DNA of 64,000 nt from the human T2T-CHM13v2.0 reference genome, Homo sapiens, in assembly GCA_009914755.4 (NCBI GenBank), contig CP086569.2, forward strand, positions 16,608,001-16,672,000. The letters run 5' to 3'. The notes under the pieces are model-generated. The model was not told the DNA's origin. It did not search any database and worked only from the letters and a program-made list of their open reading frames with translations. Made by a program: the position numbers and the translations under genes. Below are positions 36,384-49,095 of the stretch, one piece after another. How positions within the stretch are numbered: position 1 is the first letter of the stretch; every line of letters starts with the position of its first letter.

Positions 36384-36903
36384 GGGTATATACCCAAAGG
36401 ATTATAAATCATGTTCCTATAAAGACACATGCAATGCACATGTATGTTTGTTGTGACACTATTCACAATAGCAAAGACTTGGAACCAACCCAAATGTCCA
36501 ACAATGATAGACTGGATTAAGAAAATGTGGCACATATACACCATGGAATACTATGCAGCCATAAAAAATGATGAGTTCATGTCATTTGTAGGGACATGGA
36601 TGAAGCTGGAAACCATCATTCTCAGTGAACTATTGCAAGGACAAAAAACCAGACACCACTTGTTCTCACTTGTAGGTGGTAATTGACCAATGAGAACACA
36701 TGTACACAGGAAGGGGACCATCACACACCAGGGACTGTTGTGGGGTGGGGGGCGTATGGAAAGCATTAGGAGATATACCTAATGCTAAATGAAGAGTTAA
36801 TAGGTGCAGCACACCAACATGGCACATGTATACATATATAACAAACCTGCACGTTGTGCACATGTACCCTAAAACTTAAAGTATAATAATAATAATAATA
36901 AAG
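36384..36903 (+). mobile_element. Direct 3' segment of the same L1 insertion: ORF2 from about residue 1165 to the stop, 3'UTR and a (TAA)n/A tail. A 12-bp target-site duplication ACAATCACAGAG flanks the whole insertion (35188-35199 and 36904-36915).
   Basis: gtatatacccaaaggattataaatcatg…ORF 36429..36686 …[48 protein letters not shown]…LFSLVGGN; tail ataataataataataataaag. The flanks are caacaatcacagag|TGTATACCC… and …aataaag|acaatcacagag. Confidence 0.9.
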
Positions 36904-39860
36904 ACAATCACAGAGATTGGAATGTTGACAAGAGTTACAAAACCAATTTCCATCCAGTTTTTACCTGGAGGAACTTCATGGAATATGGTTAATTATGATG
37001 AGGTTGTCTATCAAGTCCAGAAAACCCATCTACTCTTGCCAGGTGAATTGGTGAACTTCAGATTCAGAGCCAGGGTTTCTATTGGTTCCGTCATTCCAGA
37101 AAGTCATTATAGCTAAACTTGCCTCGGGTTTTGGCGGGTAGACTCTGCCAGTGAAAAAGTCTCAAAGATGATATTTTTATGGCTCAGAATCACAAGGATT
37201 TTATAGTGTCCTGCCATTCTTTTAGATGTGAGATTCCAGACCGGGAATCTGCAGCACAGACACATGGGATTTTTTTTGTTTATGATTTGCTGGATTTTAT
37301 TAAGTTGATGCAAAAGTTATTTCAGTTTTTACCATTAGAAGTAATGACCAAAACTGCAATCAATTTTCCAAAAGCTTATTACTCATCGATTTATATTATA
37401 ATTATGTTGTCATTTTTGGGACAGAAAACACGCTTTATAAAAATAAAGGATTGCTATTTTCTAATTAACTGTAAGAAATATCTCATTTTTTCTTGGGTTT
37501 GATATACATTGTTCTATAATAAATGATATTATTGTTTGGAAGATATAGCCTTTATTATTGAAAGAGACAAAACAATATAAAATAAAACACACACACGTAC
37601 ACACACACAAACACACTCCCCAAAATAAAGTATAATTTACCTCACAAAATGTTTAGAAAGTCAGGCTAATGCAGATATTCCTTTAATTCAAAGTTTTTTA
37701 AAAACTTTAGGGAAGAATAATAAAAGAAAAGTACCCAATGTGCCAACAAATTTATTTATAAAGGGGAAATGAATTATTTCTTAGGAATGTATAAACTTCC
37801 AAAATTAATCTACACAATATAGAAAATTTTAATAAGCTTAAGAAGTCTGTCATTATAAACGCCAGTGAATGGGTTTATGGACGGGTTTGTCGCTGATTTA
37901 CCTGTGTCCTTATTTGATTCCTAATTCTAGTTCAATATATACTAGTATTTCTGATAGTACCACAGAGTGCTGGTCGACCAGCAGTATCAGCCTCACCGGG
38001 GAGCATGTTAGAAATGACAGCCCCCAGGACCCATTTGGTGATGACTGAGTTGAAGAGCATTGGTGATGGGAGCAGAAATCTATAATTTTAAAAACTTTCT
38101 AGGTGCCTTGTGCATGCTAAAGTTTGAGAAGCAGTGGTTTTAAATATTCTAGAAATAGAAAATATTTAAATTATCCAAATTCATTTTAAACATGAGTATA
38201 ACATTAATGAAAATTGAATGGTTAAGATTTTAAAAAAACTAAAGTAATTTTTATTATGAACACACATGAAAAATTCTGAATAAAATATTCGCAGTCATTA
38301 TGCAGGTCTAGCTCCAAAGAATAATGTATTACAATCAAGTAAAATTTATTCCATAAATGATAAGAGTCTCAACATGAGAAATTACAACAGCATAACTGAT
38401 GATTAAAAAAAATTGAAAGAGAAAAAACACATAACTATATCAATGGGTGTCAGACAAGTGTTTGATAGTTAAAACAGCCTGTAAAAATAAAAAATCTAAG
38501 TGAAACAGATATAGAAAGCAGCTGCTTAAATATGATAATATTATTTAACCATAACAATCATCAGTCTAATAGCAAGATTCTAGAAAATTTATTTTACAGT
38601 TAAATACAGAAATGAGATATTAGCTGTCATCACTATTATCAATATTTAGTTTAGACAACAAAACACAAAAGAAAAAGGTAAAATTTATGTCAAGATTAGA
38701 ACATGAGTCAAAATTATTCAGTCAGAATATTTTTGGAAACTAATATAAAGTAACTAGAATTAAGTAAACCTTGTCACGTTGAATTAGCAACATCAGCACA
38801 AATTAAATACATAAGTCAATAGTTTTTATCCCATGATGATAATAATCTCTTTTAAATATTAAAAAATACCAACTCATAATGTTGAAAATGATTAATTCTT
38901 GGAAAGTATTCTAATAAAAAAATATTTAGAATTTATATTCAAAAAACTGTACAGTCTTGTTAAGTACAAAATATAAAACCTGAACATCTGTAGAAATAGT
39001 TCATTATCCTGGATTTGAATATTTAATTTTATAAATACATAAATATGTAAATTGGATGCATTCTAATAAAAATCCAAATGAGTGAGAAGAAGACATTGAT
39101 TACATATTCTTAATGTTTCACTAAGAATCTTAATTAGCTTAATCTCAATAGCAAAATATCTTGTGAAAAATAATAGTGTCTGTACAACGATATATGTGGG
39201 TGTGTGCTGCTGTACCTGTCTACATGTGTGTAATTCACCAGAAATGGACACTTACCATGAAGTCCCTGCTAATTAAAGCAGATAATATTAGTGAAGAAAT
39301 GGATAAATATATTAATTAAACTACAGAGATTACTGATCTATGTGTGTGTTTACACATTCATACAGATATAAACTTATGAAATAAACAAAAATACATCTTA
39401 AATATACATATATATAACCAAGGTAACAGTATAATGCATTGGAAACAAGCTGTTATGATTGATTTCTTTGATATCTACCTCTATTATGAAAAAAATTCTT
39501 TATGTCTGCATTGTTACAGGCAATCATATTTACAAGCAAATTACACAAGAGTTTGATTATAAATGAAAATATATATACTATTATGAGAAAATTGAACAGA
39601 TAAATTGTTGACTCTGGAGACACCTTTTAACCTTTCCTTTTGTTATGTAAACTAATTTGTAGTCACTTTTCTTATATTTATAGTCATTTTATTTTGGGCC
39701 TTTTGTTGTTAGTGGAAGGTGTTTTTATTGCTACATTGGACAAGAAAAGATGTCTACTAAGCTACCAACACCACAGGATTTCAAGGCCTCAATTTTGTAC
39801 TCAACAAGCTGTATATTATATTTTGAGAAGTCACAAATGCAAGTTATTGACATGTAGTTA

Positions 39861-40040
<180 letters not shown>

Positions 40041-40264
40041 TTAAGGAGAGACAACACTTTAATAGCAATTGATGCACGAAAGCACTGTAAAAAGAACGTT
40101 CAATTTTTCTTGCTCTCTGAAAATGTCCAGGCCATGTGATTTGTGCCTGTTGCATAAAACAGCACAAAATAAAGAAGTCATGGGGATAGAGTCTAATAAA
40201 ACGATATGTCGTCAGCACAAAAAAACAAGCAAACAAAAAACAAACAAGCAGCAGGAAAAACAAT

Positions 40265-40334
40265 TACAACTTTACATAATAAAATAAATACAACTTTACA
40301 TAATAAAATTTACAACTTTGCATAATTAAAAAAA
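40265..40334. repeat. Small tandem repeat, three copies of a ~23-bp unit (acaactttacataataaaat…).
   Basis: acaactttacataataaaataaat / acaactttacataataaaattt / acaactttgcataattaaaaaaag. Confidence 0.8.
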
Positions 40335-40452
40335 GTGTTCAGGTAACTATAAAATGCAGACATGTTAGATTTGCTGCCAGGAGAAGGGAAGATGAGTAAA
40401 AGAATGAGAAATTAAAAAGAAAAAAGAGGCTGGGCTCGGTGGCTCACACAAC

Positions 40453-40805
40453 TAATACCACTACTTATAGGATTAGGAATAGCCACTGCTACAGAAACCA
40501 GAATAGTTAGTTTATCTACTTCATTATCCTACTACCATACACTCTCAAAGGACTTCTCAGACAGTTTTCAAGAAATAAAATCTATCCTTACTCTGCAATC
40601 TCAAATAGGCTCTTTGGCAGCAGTGACTCTTCAAATCCATTGAGGCCTAGACCTCACTGCTGAAAAAAGCTGAAAAAAGGAGGACTCTGTCTTCTTGAGG
40701 GAAGAGTGTCATTTTTACACTAACCAGTTCAAGGATAGTACAAGATGCTGCCTGGCATTTACAGGAAAAGGCTTCTGAAAACAAACAACACCTTTCAAAC
40801 TCTTT
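40453..40805 (+). mobile_element. HERV9/HERV-W-like (class I, gamma-type) env remnant: TM subunit N-terminal half (fusion peptide, heptad region, immunosuppressive domain, CX6CC). Stops and frameshifts are present.
   Basis: The translation reads LIPLLIGLGIATA…SLSYYHTLSKDFSDSFQEIKSILTLQSQIGSLAAVTLQ(NRR)GLDLTAEK(GG)…CH(C)FYTNQ…, which follows the retroviral TM consensus LQNRRGLDLLTAEKGGLCxxLxEECCFY. Confidence 0.75.
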
Positions 40806-43800
40806 TTTAAATTATTATTTTACTTTAAGTTCCAGGGTACATGTGCACATCGTGCAGGTTTATTACATATGCACACATGTACCATGTTGGTGTGCTGCAC
40901 CGATGAACTCGTCATTTACTTTAGTTATATCTCCTAATGCTTTCCATAACCCCTCCCCCGACCCCATGACAGGCCCGGTGTGTGATGTTCTCCTTCCTGT
41001 GTCCAAGTCTTCTCGTTGTTCAATTCCCACCTATGAGTGAGAACATGTGGTGTTTGGTTTTTTGTCCTTGCAATAGTTTGCGGAGAATTATGGTTTCCAG
41101 CTTCATCCATGTCCCTACAAAGGACATAAACTCATCATTTTTTTATGGCTGCATAGTATTCCATCGTGTATATGTGACACATTTTCTTAACCCAGTCTAT
41201 CATTGATGGACATTTGGGTTGGGTCCAAGTCTTTGCTATTGTGAATAGTGCCCCAATAAACATACATGTGCATGTGTCTTTATAGCAACATGATTTATAA
41301 TCCTTTGGGTATATACCCAGTAATGGGATGGCTGGGTCAAATGATATTTCTAGTTCTAGATCCCTGAGGAATTGCCATACTGACTTCCACAATGGTTGAA
41401 CTAGTTTACAGTCCCATCAACAGTGTAAAACTGTTCCTATTTCTCTAGAACCTCTCCAGCACTTGTTGTTTCCTGTTTTATGATTGCCATTCTAACTGGT
41501 GTGAGATGGTATCTCATTGTGGTTTTGATTTGCATTTCTCTGATGGCCAGTGATGAGCTTTTTTCATGTGTCTGTTGCCTGCATAAATGTCTTCTTTTGA
41601 GAAGTGTCTGTTCATATCCTTCGCCCACTTTTTGATGGGATTGCTTGATTTTTTTCTTGTAAATTTGTTTGAGTTCATTGTAAATTCTGGATATTAGCCC
41701 TTTGTCAGATGAGTAGATTGTAAAAATGTTCTCCCATTCTGTAGGTTTCCTGTTCTCTGATGGTAGTTTCTTTTGCTGTGCAGAAGCTTTTTAGTTAGAT
41801 TAGATCCCATTTGTCAATGTTGTCTTTTGTTGCCATTGCTTTTGGTGTTTTAGACATGAAGTCCTTGCCCATGCCTATGTCCTGAATTGTAATGCCTAGG
41901 TTTTCTTCTAGGGTTTTTATGGCTTTAGGTCTAACATTTAAATCTTTAATCAATCTTGAATTAATTGTAGTGTAAGGCGTAAAGAATGGATCCAGTTTCA
42001 GCTTTCTACATATGGATAACAAGTTTTCCCAGCATCATTTATTAGATAGGGAATCTTTTCCCCATTTCTTGTTTTTGTCAGGTTTGTCAAAGTTCAGATG
42101 GTTGTAGATGTGTGGCATTATCTCTGAGGGTTCTATTCTGTTCCATCGGTCTATATATCTGTTTTCGTACCAGTACCATGCTGTTTTGTTTACTGTAGCC
42201 CCTTGTAGTACACTTTGAAGTCAGGTAGTGTGATGCCTCCAGCTTTGTTCTTCTGGCTTAAGATTGTCTTGGCAATGTGAGCTTTTTTTTGGTTCTATAT
42301 GAACTTCAAAGTAGTTTTTTCCAATTCTATGAAGAAAGTCTTTGGTAGCTTGATGGGGATGGCATTGAATCTATAAATTACTTTGGGCATTATGGCCATT
42401 TTCATGATATTGATTCTTCCTATCCATGAGCATGTAATCTTCTTCCATTTGTTTGTGTCCTCATTTGTTTCATTGAGCAGTGGTTAGTAGTTCTCCTTGA
42501 AGAGGTCATTCACATCCCTTGTAAGATGGATTGCTAGATAATCTATTCTCTTTGAAGCAATTGTGAATTTGAATTCACTCATAATTTCACTGTTTGTCTG
42601 TTATTGGTGTGTAAGAAGGCTTGTGATTTTTTCACATTGATTTTGTATCCTGAGCCTTTGCTGAAGCTGCTTATCTGCTTAAGGAGATTTTAGGCTGAGA
42701 TGATGGGGTTTTCTAAATATACAACCATGTCATCTACAAACAGGACAATTTGACTTCCTTTTTTCCTAATTGAGCACCTTTTATTTCTTTCTCCTTCTTG
42801 ATTGCCCTGTCCAGAACTTCCACCACTATGTTGAAAAGGAGTGGTGAGAGATGGCATCACTGTCTTGTGCCAGTTTTCAAAGGGAATGCTTCCAGTGTTT
42901 GCCCATGCAGTATCATATTGGCTGTGGGTTTGTCATAAATAGCTCTTATTATTTTGAGATACATCCCATGAATACCTAATTTATCGACAGTTTTTAGCAT
43001 GAAGGGCTGTTGAATTTTGTCAAAGGCCTTTTCTGCATCTATTGAGATAATCACATGGTTTTTGTCTTTGGTTCTGTTTATACGCTGGATTACATTTATT
43101 GATTTGCATATGTTGAACCAGCCTTGCATCCCAGGGGTGAAGCCCACTTGATCACGGTGGATAAGCTTTTTGATGTGCTCCTGGATTTGGTTTGCCAGTA
43201 TTTTATTGAGGATGTTTGCATCAAGATTCATCAGGGATATTGGTCTAATATTGTTTTATTTTGTTGTGTCTCTGATAGGCTTTGGTATCAGGATGATGCT
43301 GGCATCATAAAATGAGTTAGAGAGGAGTCCCTGTTTTTCTATTGATTGGAATGGTTTCAGGAGGAATGGTTCCAGCTCCTCTTTGTACCTCTGGTGGAAT
43401 TTGGCTGTGAATCCAACTGGTCCTGGACTTTTTTGGTTGGTAACCTATTAATTATTGCCTCAATTTCAGAGCCTGTTATTGGTCTATTCAGGTATTCAAC
43501 TTCTTCCTGGTTTAGTCTTGGGAGGGTGTATGTGTCGAGGAATTTATCCATTTCTTCTAGATTTTCTAGTTTATTTATGCAGAGGTGTTTATTGTGTTCT
43601 CTGATGGTAGTTTGTATTTCTGTGGGATTGGTGGCTATATACCCTTTATCATTTTTTATTGCGTCTATTTGATTCCTCTCTCTTGTCTTCTTTATTAGTC
43701 TTGCTAGAAGTCTATCAATTTTGTTGATCTTTTCAAAAAACCAGCTCCTGGATTCATTGAGTATTTGAAGGGTTTTTGGTGTCTCTATTTCCTTCAGTTC

Positions 43801-46800
43801 TGCTCTGATCTTAGTTATTTCTTGCTTTCTGCTAGCTTTTGAATGTGTTTGCTCTTGCTTCTCTAGGTCTTTTAATTGTGATGTTAGGATGTGAATTTTA
43901 GATCTTTCCTACTTTCTTTATCGCATTTAGTGCTACAAATTTCCCTCTTCACACTGCTTTAATTTCAGATATTCTGGTATGTTGTGCCTTGGTTCTCATT
44001 GGTTTCAAAGAACATATTTATTTCTGCCTTCAGTTCATTAGGGACTCAGTAGTCATTGAGGAGCAGGTTGTTCTGTTTCCATGTAGTTGAACGGCTTTGA
44101 GTGAGTTTCTTAATCCTGAGTTCTAGTTTGATTACACTGTGGTCTGAGAGATAGTTTGTTATAATTTCTCTTCTATTACATTTGCTGAGGAGTGCTTCAC
44201 TTCCAACTATGTGGCCAATTTTGGAATAAGTGCAATGTGGTGCTGGGAAGAATGTATATTCTGTTGATTTGGGGTGGAGAGTTCTGTAGGTGTCTATTAG
44301 GTCTGCTTGATGCAGAGCTGAGTTCAATTCCTGGATATCCTTGTTAACTTTCTGTCTCGTTGATCTGTCTAATGTTGAGAGTGGGGTGATAATGTCTCCC
44401 ATTATTATTGTGTGGGAGTCTAAGTCTCTTTGTAGGTCTCTAAGGACTTTATGTATCTGGGTGCTCCTGTATTGGGTGCATATATATTTAGGATAGTTAA
44501 TCCTTCTTGTTGAATTTATTCTTTTACCATTATGCAATGGACTTCTTTGTCCTTTTGATCTTCATTTGTTTAAAGTCTGTTTTATTAGAGACTGGGATTG
44601 CAACCTCTGCCTTTTTTTGTTTTCCATTTGCTTGGTGGATCTTCCTCCATCCCTTTATTGTGAGCCTATGTTTGTCTCTGCATGTGAGATGGATTTCCTG
44701 AATACAGCACACTGATGGGTCTTGACTCTTTATCCAATTTGCCAGTCTGTGTCTTCTAATAGGAGCATTTAGCCCATTTACATTTAAGGTTAATATTGTT
44801 GTGTGTGAATTTGTTCCTGTCATTATGATGTTAGCTGGTTATTTTCCTCATTAGTTGATGCACTTTCTTCCTACTATCGATGGTCTTTACAATTTGTCAT
44901 GTGTTTTCAGTGGCTGGTACCAGTTGCTCTTTTTCGTGTTTAGTGCTTCCTTCAGGGGCTCTTTTAGGCAGGCCTGGTGGTGACAAAATCTCTCAGCATT
45001 TACTTATCTGTAAAGGATTTTGTTTCTCCTTCACTTATGAAGCTGAGTTTGGCTGGATATGAAATTCTGGGTTGAAAATTCTTTGCTTTAGGAATGTTGA
45101 ATATTGGCCCCCACTCTCTTCTGGTTTATAGAGTTTCTGCCAAGAGGTCTGCTGTTAGTTTGATTGGCTTCCCTTTGTGGGTAACCTGACCTTTCTCTCT
45201 GGCTACCCTTAAGATTTTTTCCTTCATTTCAACTTTGGTGAATCTGACAATTATGTGTCTTGGAGTTGCTCTTCTTGAGGAGTATCTTTGTGGTGTTCTC
45301 TGTATTTCCTGAATTTGAATGTTGGCCTGCCTTGCTAGGTTGGGGAAGTTCTCCTGGAGAACTTCCTGCAGAGAGTTTTCAAGCTTGGTTCCATTGTCCC
45401 CATCACTTTCAGGTACATCAGTCAGACGTACATTTGGTATTTTCATATAGTTCCATATTTCTTCTAGGCTTTGTTCATTTCTTTTTACTCTTTTTTTCTC
45501 TAAACTTCTCTTCTCACTTCATTTCATTCATTTGATCTTCAATCCCTGATACCCTTTCTTCCAGTTGATTGAATCGGCTACTGAAACTTATGCATTCATC
45601 ATGTACATCTCATGCCATGGTTTTCAGCTCCATCAGGTCATTTAAGGACTTCTCTACACTGGTTATTCTAGTTAGCCATTCATCTAATCTTTTTTCCAGG
45701 TTTTCAGCTTATTTGTGATGGGTTTGAACTTCCTCCTTTAGCTCAGAGAAGTTTGATTGTCTGAAGTCTTCTTCTCTCAACTCGTTGAAGTCATTCTCCT
45801 TCCAGCTTTGTTCCATTGCTGGCAAGGAGCTGCGTTCCTTTGGAGGGGGAGAGGTGCTCTAATTTTTATAATTTTCAGCTTTTCTGCTCTGTTTTTTTGC
45901 CATCTTTGCGGTTTTATCTACCTTTGGTCTTTGATGATGGTGATGTACAGATGTGGTTTTGGTGTGGATGTCCCTTCTGTTTGTTAGTTTTCCTTCTAAT
46001 AGTCAGGACCCTCAGCTGCAGGTCTGTTGGATTTGCTGGAAGTCCATTCCAGATGCTGTTTGCCTGGGTATCAGCATCAGAGGCTGCAGAACAGTGAATA
46101 TTGCTGAAGAGAAAATGTTGCTGCCTGATCGTTCCTCTGGAAGGTTCATCTCAGGGGGGTATCTGGCTGTGTGAGGTGTCATTCTGCCCCTACTGATGGG
46201 TGCCTCCCAGTTAGCGTACTTGGGGGTCAGGGGCCCACTTGAAGATGCAGTCTGTCCATTCTCAGATCTCAAACTCCATGCTGGGAGAACAACTACTCTC
46301 TTCAAAGCTGTCAAACAGGAATATTTAAGTCCACCGAGGTTTCTGCTGCCTTTTGTTTGGCTATGCCCTGCCCCCAGAGGTGGAGTCTACAGAGGTAGGC
46401 AGGCCTCCTTGAGCTGCTGTGGGCTCCAACAAGTTCAAGCTTCCTGGCCACTTCGTTTACCTACTCAAGCTTCAGCAATGGCGGACACTCCTCCCCCAGA
46501 CTCACTGCTACCTTGCTGTTTGATCTCAGACTGCTGTGCTAGCAATGACTAGGCTCTGTGGGCTTGGGACCCTCCAAGCCAGGCATGGTATATAATCTCC
46601 TGGTGTGCCATTTGCTAAGACCATTGGAAAAGCACAGTATTAGGGTGGGAGTGAACCGATTTTCCAGGTGCCATCTGTCACCCCTTCTCTTGGCTGAGAA
46701 AGGGAGTTCCCTGACCCCTTGCACTTCCTGGGTAAGGCAATGCCTTGCCTTGCTTTGGCTCACGCTTGGTGGGCTGTACCCACTGTCCTGCCCCACTGTC

Positions 46801-46930
46801 TGACAAGCCCCAGTGAGATGAACCCAGTACCTCAGTTGGAAATACAGAAATCACCCATCTTCTGCATTGCTCATGCTGGTTGCTGTAGACTGGAGCTGTT
46901 CCTATTCAGCTATCTTGGAACCGCCTCCCC
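40806..46930 (-). mobile_element. Full-length L1PA-type LINE-1 (#3, ~6.1 kb) inserted into the HERV env TM region. ORFs are disrupted. Possible 8-9 bp target-site duplication AAAYTCTT.
   Basis: 3' end as a T-run plus ttattattttactttaagttccagggtacatgtgcacatcgtgcagg at 40806-40860. The 5' end is gctatcttggaaccgcctcccc at 46909-46930, the reverse complement of ggggaggcggttccaagatagc. ORF2 pieces on minus: 41135..41392, 41437..41628, 41795..42022, 42857..43231, 43357..43551, 44046..44537, 44530..44823. ORF1 pieces: 45126..45446 and upstream. Confidence 0.95.
41135..44823 (-). pseudogene. L1 ORF2 remnant of L1 #3 (fragmented).
   Basis: MTGTNSHTTILTLNVNGLNAPIRRHRLANWIKSQDPSVCCIQEIHL (44530..44823); EN (44046..44537); RT …[55 protein letters not shown] (42857..43231); C-terminus (41135..41392). 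Confidence 0.9.
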
Positions 46931-47305
46931 TGAAATTCTTATACCAACCTCTGGAGTTGAGTGATATGGCTTCTTCCCTTTCTAGGTCCTATGACAGCTG
47001 TCTTGGTATTACTTGCCTTAGGGACCTCTATTTTTAACCTCATTGTCAAATTTGTTTCTTCTAGGATTGATGCCGTCCATCTACAAGATGGTCTTACAAA
47101 TGGAACCCCAAATGAGTTCAATTCATAACTTCTACGAAGGACCCCTGGACTGACCTGCTGGCTCTTTGAGTGGCCTAGGGAGTTCCCCTCTGGAGGATGC
47201 TACAACTGCAGGGACCCTTTTTCACCCTTGTCCAGCAGGAAGTAGTTACAGCTCTCATCACCCAGTCCCCAACAGCAGTTGTGGTGTCCTATGAAGAGGG
47301 GGTAT
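46931..47305 (+). mobile_element. HERV9/HERV-W-like env TM C-terminal region (membrane-spanning segment and cytoplasmic tail, degenerate) plus the 3' untranslated region up to a purine-rich tract (gaagaggggg, candidate PPT) before the LTR.
   Basis: The translation WLLPFLGPMTAVLVLLALGTSIFNLIVKFVSSRIDAVHLQDGLTNGTPNEFNS* parallels the syncytin-type tail (WILPFLGPLAAIILLLLFGPCIFNLLVNFVSSRIEAVKLQMEPKMQS…). It continues the env reading that was interrupted by L1 #3. Confidence 0.75.
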
Positions 47306-47825
47306 TGAGAGAAGAGGCCAGCTGGACTTCCTGGGTCGACTGGGGACTTGGGGAAATTTTCTGTTTTACAAGAGGATTGTAAAATACACCATTTAGGAGC
47401 TTTCCTGTCTTTCAGGAGGATTGCAAAATGCACCAATCAGCACTCTGTAAAATGCACTAATCAGCACGCTGTAAAAGTCACCAATCAGCGCTCTGTAAAA
47501 TACACCAATCAGCAGGATTCTAAAAGTAGCCAATTGTGGGGAGGATCAAAAAAAGGGCACTCTGATAGGATGGAAATGGAATATGGGAAGGGCCAGTAAG
47601 GGAATAATAGATGAGCACCCCAGCCATCAGTGACAACCCACTAGGGTCCCCTTTCATGCTATGGAAGCTTTGTCCTTTTGCTCTTCACAATAAACCTTGC
47701 TACTGCTCACTCTTTGGGTCCGTGCCATCTCTAAGAACTGTAACACTCACCTCAAAGGTCTGCGGCTCCATTCTTGAAGTCAGGGAGACCACGAACCCAC
47801 CAGCAGAAACCAACTCCAGACACAC
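47306..47825 (+). mobile_element. LTR12-family (HERV9) long terminal repeat, probably the 3' LTR of the truncated provirus (U3 with CCAAT repeats, poly-A signal, R/U5).
   Basis: agaggccagctggacttcctgggtcgactggggacttgg… at the 5' end. Tandem …tgtaaaatgcaccaatcagcactctgtaaaatgcactaatcagcacgctgtaaaagtcaccaatcagcgctctgtaaaatacaccaatcagcagg. Then …gtcccctttcatgctatggaagctttgtccttttgctcttcacaataaaccttgctactgctcactctttgggtcc…ctgtaacactcacctcaaaggtctgcggctccattcttgaagtcagggagaccacgaacccaccagcagaaaccaactccagacaca. Confidence 0.8.
47425..47540 (+). promoter_or_regulatory. Tandem CCAAT-box repeat array in the LTR12 U3 (4-5 units of ~24 bp: caccaatcagcactctgtaaaatg). LTR12 U3 repeats are known NF-Y-binding enhancer/promoter modules.
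   Basis: Five (c/t)accaatcagc / gccaattg motifs spaced about 24 bp apart. The downstream AATAAA at 47699-47704 fits a U3-R layout. Confidence 0.55.
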
Positions 47826-47840
47826 TGTCATCCCTTAATC

Positions 47841-48855
47841 TCCCATTTTCCTTGGAGTGACATCATTCACTGTTTTCCCTGGACATCTCCCTGTCATATC
47901 ATCATCATTTTTTTTTTTTTAACCTAGATTGACTCAGTCACCTTTTACTGTGTTCCCTGAAGTGATTTTTTGGTCAACTGTTTTCCTTGAACTTATTTGG
48001 TCATGGACTCTTTTGCCTAGACTGACTGCGTCATAGACTGTTTTCCCTGGCATGATTCAGCACTCAACTGTTTACCCTGGACAGATTGCTCATCAACTCT
48101 TTTTCCTGGATTAACTCAGCATTGACTGAGTTCCCTGAATTGACTCGGTACTCAGTTCCTTTTCCTGGTTTGACTATGTACTCATTTCCCTAGACTGACT
48201 CAGTGCTCAACTCATTTCCCTGGACTGACTCAGCAGGTCCTCAACTGTGTGCCCTGGACTGTGTGGTACTGGACTACTTCTTGGATTGAGTCAGTCATGG
48301 ACTGTGTTTTCCAGACCATGGGCATCTTTGGCTGTCATCCACCCTCATCAACTGTTTTCCTTGGAGTGACTATGTCTTTCACTATTTTCCACAGTGGGGG
48401 CATCTTCATGCCATCCTGTTATCAGTGCTTTCCGTAGACTGGTTCTGGATCTCTGGAAATGTTTTACTGATCTCTGGAATGACTCACGAGCACTAATGTC
48501 ACTGGTGTGATGTGGTCACTGCTTTTTTTTTTCTTTTTTTTTTTTTTAAAATGAACTGAGGAGACCATATGCTGCCACTTAATCAGCTATTTACCTTGTT
48601 GTGACCTTGTCAGAGGTTGTGTTCCCTGGGATGAAGTCATCAACCTGTGTTTTCCTCATTGGTGTTTTCCCTGGAGTGACCTGGTCATCTAATTTTTCCC
48701 TGAACTGATGAAGTAATAGGCTCTTTTTCCTGGAATCACTTAGTCATCAACTGTTTTCCCTGGACTGACTCAGCTGTTGATTATGTTACCTAGGGTGACT
48801 CAGTCATTGATTGTTTTTCCGGAACTACTCCCTTTCACCACCTCAGTCATCTTAG
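47841..48855. repeat. About 1 kb minisatellite or VNTR-like tandem array of ~30-bp units (consensus approximately CTGACTCAGTCATCAACTGTTTTCCCTGGA), about 30 diverged copies, interrupted by two T-runs (about 47905-47930 and 48515-48560).
   Basis: Successive units: ctagactgactgcgtcatagactgttttccctgg / catgattcagcactcaactgtttaccctgga / cagattgctcatcaactctttttcctgga / ttaactcagcattgactgagttccctgaa / ttgactcggtactcagttccttttcctggt / ctgactcagtgctcaactcatttccctgga / ctgactcagcaggtcctcaactgtgtgccctgga … through …tcatcaactgttttccctggactgactcagctgttgattatgttacctagggtgactcagtcattgattgtttttccgg. Confidence 0.85.
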
Positions 48856-49095
48856 AAGGCAGATTGCTGGAAATAAAAACATATTTTTCTCTTCATAAAT
48901 ATATACACAAAAATGTATTTACACATATCCATATACACATGTTTATCTAAGCCTCCTTCTGGAAGATTTTGGTTTCAGACTATCTAAGGATGCATAACAA
49001 TGTCTCCCAAAGCTCACATGTGGCAAAACTTTTCATTTTTCCCCCAATATGATAGGGGAGGAATGGTGTCTGTGTTTCTTGTTATGCTCGATTTT

